A stretch of 39,711 bases of DNA, taken from the IMG/VR virus record IMGVR_UViG_2563366967_000006, one strand, 5' to 3'. The notes under the pieces were generated by a model. It was not told where the DNA came from and made no database searches. It was given only the letters and a program-made list of their open reading frames with translations. Numbering within the stretch: position 1 is the stretch's first letter; each line of letters starts with the position of its first letter. Of this stretch, positions 33,921 to 39,711 are shown one piece after another. Both the position numbers and the translations under genes were made by a program. Source of the DNA: a virus (lineage: Duplodnaviria; Heunggongvirae; Uroviricota; Caudoviricetes).

Positions 33921-34618
33921 TGCAGGATATCCGGCAGGAAACACTGAATGAATGCACCCGTGCGGAGCAGTCGGCCAGCGTGGTGCTCTGGGAAATCGAT
34001 CTGACAGAGGTCGGTGGAGAGCGTTATTTTTTCTGTAATGAGCAGAACGAAAAAGGTGAGCCGGTCACCTGGCAGGGGCGACAGTATCAGCCGTATCCCA
34101 TTCAGGGGAGTGGTTTTGAACTGAATGGCAAAGGCACCAGTACGCGCCCCACGCTGACGGTTTCTAACCTGTACGGTATGGTCACCGGGATGGTGGAAGA
34201 TCTGCAGAGTCTGGTCGGCGGAACGGTGGTCAGGCGTAAGGTTTACGCCCGTTTTCTGGATGCGGTGAACTTCGTCAACGGAAACAGTGACGCCGATCCG
34301 GAGCAGGAGGTGATCAGCCGCTGGCGCATTGAGCAGTGCAGCGAACTGAGCGCGGTCAGTGCCTCCTTTGTGTTGTCCACGCCGACGGAAACGGATGGTG
34401 CTGTTTTTCCGGGGCGCATCATGCTGGCCAACACCTGCACCTGGACCTATCGCGGTGATGAGTGCGGTTATAGCGGTCCGGCGGTCGCGGATGAATATGA
34501 CCAGCCGACGTCCGATATCACGAAGGATAAATGCAGCAAATGCCTGAGCGGTTGTAAGTTCCGCAATAACGTCGGCAACTTTGGCGGCTTCCTTTCCATT
34601 AACAAACTTTCGCAGTAA
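33920..34618 (+). CDS. L: Tail tip protein L
   Basis: MQDIRQETLNECTRAEQSASVVLWEIDLTEVGGERYFFCNEQNEKGEPVTWQGRQYQPY… matches lambda gpL. Confidence 0.9.
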   Translation: MQDIRQETLNECTRAEQSASVVLWEIDLTEVGGERYFFCNEQNEKGEPVTWQGRQYQPYPIQGSGFELNGKGTSTRPTLTVSNLYGMVTGMVEDLQSLVGGTVVRRKVYARFLDAVNFVNGNSDADPEQEVISRWRIEQCSELSAVSASFVLSTPTETDGAVFPGRIMLANTCTWTYRGDECGYSGPAVADEYDQPTSDITKDKCSKCLSGCKFRNNVGNFGGFLSINKLSQ

Positions 34619-34623
34619 ATCCC

Positions 34624-35367
34624 ATGACACAGACAGAATCAGCGATTCTGGCGCACGCCCGGCGATGTGCGCCAGCGGAGTCGTGCGGCTTCGTGGTAAG
34701 CACGCCGGAGGGGGAAAGATATTTCCCCTGCGTGAATATCTCCGGTGAGCCGGAGGATTATTTCCGGATGTCGCCGGAGGACTGGCTGCAGGCAGAAATG
34801 CAGGGTGAGATTGTGGCGCTGGTCCACAGTCATCCCGGTGGTCTGCCCTGGCTGAGTGAGGCCGACCGGCGGCTGCAGGTGCAGAGTGATTTGCCGTGGT
34901 GGCTGGTCTGCCGGGGGGCGATTCATAAGTTCCGCTGTGTGCCGCATCTCACCGGGCGGCGCTTTGAGCACGGGGTGACGGACTGTTACACGCTGTTCCG
35001 GGATGCTTATCATCTGGCGGGGATTGAGATGCCGGACTTTCATCGTGAGGATGACTGGTGGCGTAACGGCCAGAATCTCTATCTTGATAATCTGGAGGCC
35101 ACAGGGCTGTATCAGGTGCCGTTGTCATCAGCACAACCGGGCGATGTGCTGCTGTGCTGCTTTGGTTCATCGGTGCCGAATCATGCCGCCATTTACTGTG
35201 GTGACGGCGAGCTGCTGCACCATATTCCTGAACAACTGAGCAAACGAGAGAGGTACACCGACAAATGGCAGCGACGCACACACTCCCTCTGGCGTCACCG
35301 GGCATGGCACGCATCTGCCTTTACGGGGATTTGCAACGATTTGGCCGCCGCATCGACCTTCGTGTGA
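34624..35367 (+). CDS. K: Tail assembly protein K
   Basis: MTQTESAILAHARRCAPAESCGFVVSTPEGERYFPCVNISGEPEDYFRMSPEDW… matches lambda gpK. Confidence 0.9.
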   Translation: MTQTESAILAHARRCAPAESCGFVVSTPEGERYFPCVNISGEPEDYFRMSPEDWLQAEMQGEIVALVHSHPGGLPWLSEADRRLQVQSDLPWWLVCRGAIHKFRCVPHLTGRRFEHGVTDCYTLFRDAYHLAGIEMPDFHREDDWWRNGQNLYLDNLEATGLYQVPLSSAQPGDVLLCCFGSSVPNHAAIYCGDGELLHHIPEQLSKRERYTDKWQRRTHSLWRHRAWHASAFTGICNDLAAASTFV

Positions 35368-35936
35368 AAACGGGGGCTGAAGCCATCCGCGCACTGGCCA
35401 CACAGCTCCCGGTGTTTCGTCAGAAACTGAGCGACGGCTGGTATCAGGTACGGATTGCCGGGCGGGACGTCAGCACGTCCGGGTTAACGGCGCAGTTACA
35501 TGAGACTCTGCCTGATGGCGCTGTGATTCATATTGTTCCCAGAGTCGCCGGGGCCAAGTCAGGTGGCGTATTCCAGATTGTCCTGGGGGCTGCCGCCATT
35601 GCCGGATCATTCTTTACCGCCGGAGCCACCCTTGCAGCATGGGGGGCAGCCATTGGGGCCGGTGGTATGACCGGCATCCTGTTTTCTCTCGGTGCCAGTA
35701 TGGTGCTCGGTGGTGTGGCGCAGATGCTGGCACCGAAAGCCAGAACTCCCCGTACACAGACAACGGATAACGGCAAACAGAACACCTATTTCTCCTCACT
35801 GGATAACATGGTTGCCCAGGGCAATGTTCTGCCCGTTCTGTACGGTGAAATGCGCGTGGGGTCACGCGTGGTTTCTCAGGAGATCAGCACGGCAGACGAA
35901 GGGGACGGTGGTCAGGTTGTGGTGATTGGTCGCTGA
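35265..35936 (+). CDS. I: Tail assembly protein I
   Basis: MAATHTLPLASPGMARICLYGDLQRFGRRIDLRVKTGAEAIRALATQLP… matches lambda gpI. Confidence 0.9.
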   Translation: MAATHTLPLASPGMARICLYGDLQRFGRRIDLRVKTGAEAIRALATQLPVFRQKLSDGWYQVRIAGRDVSTSGLTAQLHETLPDGAVIHIVPRVAGAKSGGVFQIVLGAAAIAGSFFTAGATLAAWGAAIGAGGMTGILFSLGASMVLGGVAQMLAPKARTPRTQTTDNGKQNTYFSSLDNMVAQGNVLPVLYGEMRVGSRVVSQEISTADEGDGGQVVVIGR

Positions 35937-35996
35937 TGCAAAATGTTTTATGTGAAACCGCCTGCGGGCGGTTTTGTCGTTTACGGAGCGTGAGGA

Positions 35997-38900
35997 ATGG
36001 GTAAAGGCAGCAGTAAGGGGCATACCCCGCGCGAAGCGAAGGACAACCTGAAGTCCACGCAGTTGCTGAGTGTGATCGATGCCATCAGCGAAGGGCCGGT
36101 TGAAGGTCCGGTGGATGGATTAAAAAGCGTGCTGCTGAACAGTACGCCGGTGCTGGACACTGAGGGGAATACCAACATATCCGGTGTCACGGTGGTGTTC
36201 CGGGCAGGTGAGCAGGAGCAGACTCCGCCGGAGGGGTTTGAATCCTCCGGTTCCGAGACGGTGCTCGGTACAGAAGTGAAATATGACACGCCGATCACCC
36301 GGACCATCACGTCGGCAAACATTGACCGTCTGCGTTTTACTTTCGGCGTGCAGACACTGGTGGAAACCACCTCAAAGGGGGACAGGAATCCGTCGGAAGT
36401 CCGCCTGCTGGTTCAGATACAGCGTAACGGTGGCTGGGTGACGGAAAAAGACATCACCATTAAGGGCAAAACCACCTCGCAGTATCTGGCCTCGGTGGTG
36501 GTGGGTAACCTGCCGCCGCGCCCGTTTAATATCCGGATGCGCAGGATGACGCCGGACAGCACCACAGACCAGCTGCAGAACAAAACGCTCTGGTCGTCAT
36601 ACACCGAAATCATCGATGTGAAACAGTGCTACCCGAACACGGCACTGGTCGGCGTGCAGGTGGACTCGGAACAGTTCGGCAGTCAGCAGGTGAGCCGTAA
36701 TTATCATCTTCGCGGGCGCATTCTGCAGGTGCCGTCGAACTATAACCCGCAGACGCGGCAATACAGCGGTATCTGGGACGGAACGTTTAAGCCAGCATAC
36801 AGCAACAACATGGCCTGGTGTCTGTGGGATATGCTGACCCATCCGCGCTACGGCATGGGGAAACGTCTCGGTGCGGCGGATGTGGACAAATGGGCGCTGT
36901 ATGTCATCGGCCAGAATTGCGACCAGTCGGTGCCGGATGGCTTTGGTGGCACGGAGCCGCGCATCACCTGTAATGCCTGGCTGACCACACAGCGTAAGGC
37001 GTGGGATGTGCTCAGTGATTTCTGCTCGGCGATGCGCTGTATGCCGGTATGGAACGGACAGACGCTGACATTCGTGCAGGACCGACCATCGGATAAGGTG
37101 TGGACCTATAACTGCAGTAATGTGGTGATGCCGGATGATGGTGCGCCGTTCCGCTACAGCTTCAGCGCCCTGAAAGACCGCCATAATGCCGTTGAGGTGA
37201 ACTGGATTGACCCGGATAACGGCTGGGAGACGGCGACAGAGCTTGTGGAGGACACGCAGGCCATTGCCCGTTACGGTCGTAACGTCACGAAGATGGATGC
37301 CTTTGGCTGTACCAGTCGGGGGCAGGCACACCGCGCCGGGCTGTGGCTGATTAAAACGGAGCTGCTGGAAACGCAGACCGTGGACTTCAGCGTGGGCGCA
37401 GAAGGGCTTCGCCATGTACCGGGCGATGTCATTGAAATCTGCGATGATGACTATGCGGGTATCAGCATCGGCGGGCGCGTGCTGGCGGTGAACAGCCAGG
37501 CGCGGACACTGACGCTCGACCGTGAAATCATGCTGCCATCCTCCGGCACCACGCTGATAAGCCTGGTTGACGGAAATGGCAATCCGGTCAGCGTGGAGGT
37601 CCAGTCCGTCACCGACGGCGTGAAGGTGAAAGTTAGCCGTGTTCCTGACGGCGTTGCCGGATACAGCGTGTGGGGGCTGAAGCTGCCGACGCTGCGCCAG
37701 CGCCTGTTCCGCTGCGTGAGTATCCGTGAGAACGACGACGGCACGTATGCCATCACCGCCGTGCAGCATGTACCGGAAAAAGAAGCCATCGTGGATAACG
37801 GGGCGCACTTTGACGGCGACCAGAGCGGCACGGTGAATGGTGTCACGCCGCCAGCAGTGCAGCACCTGACTGCCGAAGTCACCGCAGACAGCGGGGAGTA
37901 TCAGGTACTGGCCCGCTGGGACACGCCGAAGGTGGTGAAGGGCGTGAGTTTCATGCTTCGCCTGACCGTGGCAGCGGATGACGGCAGTGAGCGGCTGGTC
38001 AGCACAGCCCGGACGGCGGAAACCACATACCGCTTCACACAACTGGCGCTGGGGAACTACAGGCTGACAGTCCGGGCAGTAAATGCGTGGGGGCAGCAGG
38101 GCGATCCGGCATCGGTATCGTTCCGGATTGCCGCACCGGCAGCGCCGTCGCAGATTGAGCTGACACCGGGGTATTTTCAGATAACCGCCACGCCGCATCT
38201 TGCGGTTTATGATCCGACGGTACAGTTTGAGTTCTGGTTCTCGGAAAAGCGGATTGCGGATATCAGGCAGGTTGAAACCACAGCACGCTATCTTGGCACG
38301 GCGCTGTACTGGATAGCCGCCAGTATCAATATCAAACCGGGCCATGATTATTATTTTTACATCCGCAGTGTGAACACCGTTGGCAAATCGGCATTTGTGG
38401 AGGCTGTTGGCCAGCCGAGTGATGATGCATCCGGCTATCTGAATTTTTTCAAAGGAGAGATAGGGAAAACCCATCTGGCTCAGGAGTTGTGGACGCAGAT
38501 TGATAACGGTCAGCTTGCGCCTGACCTGGCTGAAATCAGGACGTCCATTACGGGTGTCAGCAATGAAATCACGCAGACCGTCAATAAGAAACTGGAAGAC
38601 CAGAGTGCAGCGATCCAGCAGATACAGAAGGTTCAGGTTGATACAAATAATAACCTGAACAGCATGTGGGCTGTGAAGCTGCAGCAGATGCAGGACGGAC
38701 GCCTTTATATCGCGGGTATTGGTGCCGGTATTGAGAATACTCCTGACGGTATGCAGAGTCAGGTGCTGCTGGCGGCGGACAGGATTGCGATGATTAATCC
38801 TGCGAATGGCAACACAAAGCCGATGTTTGTTGGGCAGGGCGATCAGATATTCATGAACGAAGTGTTCCTGAAATATCTGACGGCTCCCACCATTACCAGC

Positions 38901-39479
38901 GGTGGCAATCCCCCAACGTTTTCACTGACACCTGATGGTCGACTTTCTGCGAAAAATGCGGATATCAGCGGTAACGTGAACGCGAACTCCGGGACGCTCA
39001 ACAACGTCACGATTAATCAGAACTGTCGGATTCTGGGAAAACTGTCAGCTAACCAGATTGAAGGTGATATTGTCAAAACGGTGGGAAAAGCCTTTCCGAG
39101 AAATGGCAGTTATGCCAGCGGTACAATAACGGTCACTGTGTACGATGACCAGGCTTTTGACCGTCAGATAGTAGTCCCCCCCGTTCTGTTTCGTGGGGGT
39201 AAGCATGAAAACTTCAACAGCAACAACCAACAGTCATACTGGTATTCAACCTGTAAGCTGCAGGTACTGAAGAACGGACAGGAAATCTTTCAGCAACCCG
39301 CGACGGATGTCAGCAGGGTATTTTCATCAGTCATTGATATGCCTGCCGGACACGGCCATGTCACCCTGACTTTCAATGTTTCTTCATATGGTGCTAATAA
39401 CTGGACGCCAACGACCAGTATCAGCGACCTTCTTGTTGTTGTGATGAAGAAATCTACAGCCGGTATCAGTATCAGTTGA
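35997..39479 (+). CDS. J: Central tail fibre / host-specificity protein J, with a divergent C-terminal domain
   Basis: N-terminal ~800 aa nearly identical to lambda J ([34 protein letters not shown]…); from roughly [14 protein letters not shown] onward it departs from the lambda J sequence as I recall it. Confidence 0.95.
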   Translation: MGKGSSKGHTPREAKDNLKSTQLLSVIDAISEGPVEGPVDGLKSVLLNSTPVLDTEGNTNISGVTVVFRAGEQEQTPPEGFESSGSETVLGTEVKYDTPITRTITSANIDRLRFTFGVQTLVETTSKGDRNPSEVRLLVQIQRNGGWVTEKDITIKGKTTSQYLASVVVGNLPPRPFNIRMRRMTPDSTTDQLQNKTLWSSYTEIIDVKQCYPNTALVGVQVDSEQFGSQQVSRNYHLRGRILQVPSNYNPQTRQYSGIWDGTFKPAYSNNMAWCLWDMLTHPRYGMGKRLGAADVDKWALYVIGQNCDQSVPDGFGGTEPRITCNAWLTTQRKAWDVLSDFCSAMRCMPVWNGQTLTFVQDRPSDKVWTYNCSNVVMPDDGAPFRYSFSALKDRHNAVEVNWIDPDNGWETATELVEDTQAIARYGRNVTKMDAFGCTSRGQAHRAGLWLIKTELLETQTVDFSVGAEGLRHVPGDVIEICDDDYAGISIGGRVLAVNSQARTLTLDREIMLPSSGTTLISLVDGNGNPVSVEVQSVTDGVKVKVSRVPDGVAGYSVWGLKLPTLRQRLFRCVSIRENDDGTYAITAVQHVPEKEAIVDNGAHFDGDQSGTVNGVTPPAVQHLTAEVTADSGEYQVLARWDTPKVVKGVSFMLRLTVAADDGSERLVSTARTAETTYRFTQLALGNYRLTVRAVNAWGQQGDPASVSFRIAAPAAPSQIELTPGYFQITATPHLAVYDPTVQFEFWFSEKRIADIRQVETTARYLGTALYWIAASINIKPGHDYYFYIRSVNTVGKSAFVEAVGQPSDDASGYLNFFKGEIGKTHLAQELWTQIDNGQLAPDLAEIRTSITGVSNEITQTVNKKLEDQSAAIQQIQKVQVDTNNNLNSMWAVKLQQMQDGRLYIAGIGAGIENTPDGMQSQVLLAADRIAMINPANGNTKPMFVGQGDQIFMNEVFLKYLTAPTITSGGNPPTFSLTPDGRLSAKNADISGNVNANSGTLNNVTINQNCRILGKLSANQIEGDIVKTVGKAFPRNGSYASGTITVTVYDDQAFDRQIVVPPVLFRGGKHENFNSNNQQSYWYSTCKLQVLKNGQEIFQQPATDVSRVFSSVIDMPAGHGHVTLTFNVSSYGANNWTPTTSISDLLVVVMKKSTAGISIS

Positions 39480-39497
39480 ATTTTATAACCCAGATAC

Positions 39498-39526
39498 GGG
39501 CGCCAGAAATGGCGCCTTTTTTATTT
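39498..39526 (+). terminator. Intrinsic terminator after J
   Basis: gggcgcc-agaaat-ggcgcc hairpin followed by ttttttattt. Confidence 0.55.
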
Positions 39527-39537
39527 GTGGAGTGAAT

Positions 39538-39711
39538 ATGGCAGTACAGATTTCAGGCGTGCTGAAAGACGGTGCAGGAAAACCGATACAGAACTGCACC
39601 ATTCAGCTCAAAGCAAAACGTAACAGCACCACGGTTGTGGTGAACACGGTGGCCTCAGAAAATCCGGATGAAGCCGGACGTTACAGCATGGATGTCGAGT
39701 ATGGCCAGTAC
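39538..39711 (+). CDS. stf: Side tail fibre protein Stf, N-terminal fragment (runs off the window)
   Basis: Hand translation MAVQISGVLKDGAGKPIQNCTIQLKAKRNSTTVVVNTVASENPDEAGRYSMDVEYGQY matches the start of lambda Stf; there is no lom between J and stf. Confidence 0.75.
   Translation, partial: MAVQISGVLKDGAGKPIQNCTIQLKAKRNSTTVVVNTVASENPDEAGRYSMDVEYGQY

Noticed and set aside
36597-38474. 625-aa ORF on the minus strand inside J
   Set aside because: Antisense to a highly conserved lambda J coding region. The translation is Arg/Cys/His-rich and low-complexity, typical of the reverse frame of a GC-rich gene; no start context or partner gene.

Overview
This window is a nearly complete lambda-like (lambdoid) prophage, running from the integrase at the left to the start of the side tail fibre gene at the right. 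All calls rest on reading the supplied ORF translations and the sequence by eye, plus recall of lambda and DLP12 protein sequences; no database search or computation was run, and coordinates I derived myself (internal starts, hairpins) may be off by a base or two.

Layout, left to right:
- 1-4.8 kb: int, xis, small accessory ORFs, then the lambda Red genes exo, bet and gam (all on the minus strand).
- 4.8-8.3 kb: immunity region with a non-lambda CI repressor (HTH plus S24 peptidase) and a Cro-like protein, flanked by two operator clusters sharing GGTTGT half-sites.
- 8.3-13.6 kb: replication genes O (with origin iterons) and P, then a DLP12-like nin region (ybcN, ninE, ybcO, rusA, ylcG, Q).
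- 13.6-18.7 kb: an NmpC-like porin, a phage-21-type lysis cassette (pinholin, SAR endolysin, Rz/Rz1), bor, a TonB-C-like lipoprotein, and a lambda-type cos site.
- 18.7-39.7 kb: lambda-like head and tail genes Nu1, A, W, B, C, Nu3, D, E, FI, FII, Z, U, V, G/T, H, M, L, K, I, J, and the 5' end of stf.

The most interesting candidates for an undescribed system are two AT-rich two-gene cassettes, each pairing a soluble protein with a multi-pass membrane protein. One sits exactly where lambda carries rexA-rexB (5540-7090), the other where lambda carries ren (10651-11453). Both are unrecognisable to me and are on the strand expected to be expressed in a lysogen. A 1954-bp IS100 with a 5-bp target duplication interrupts head gene C, so the prophage is probably defective. 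No tRNA, rRNA or CRISPR array was seen.
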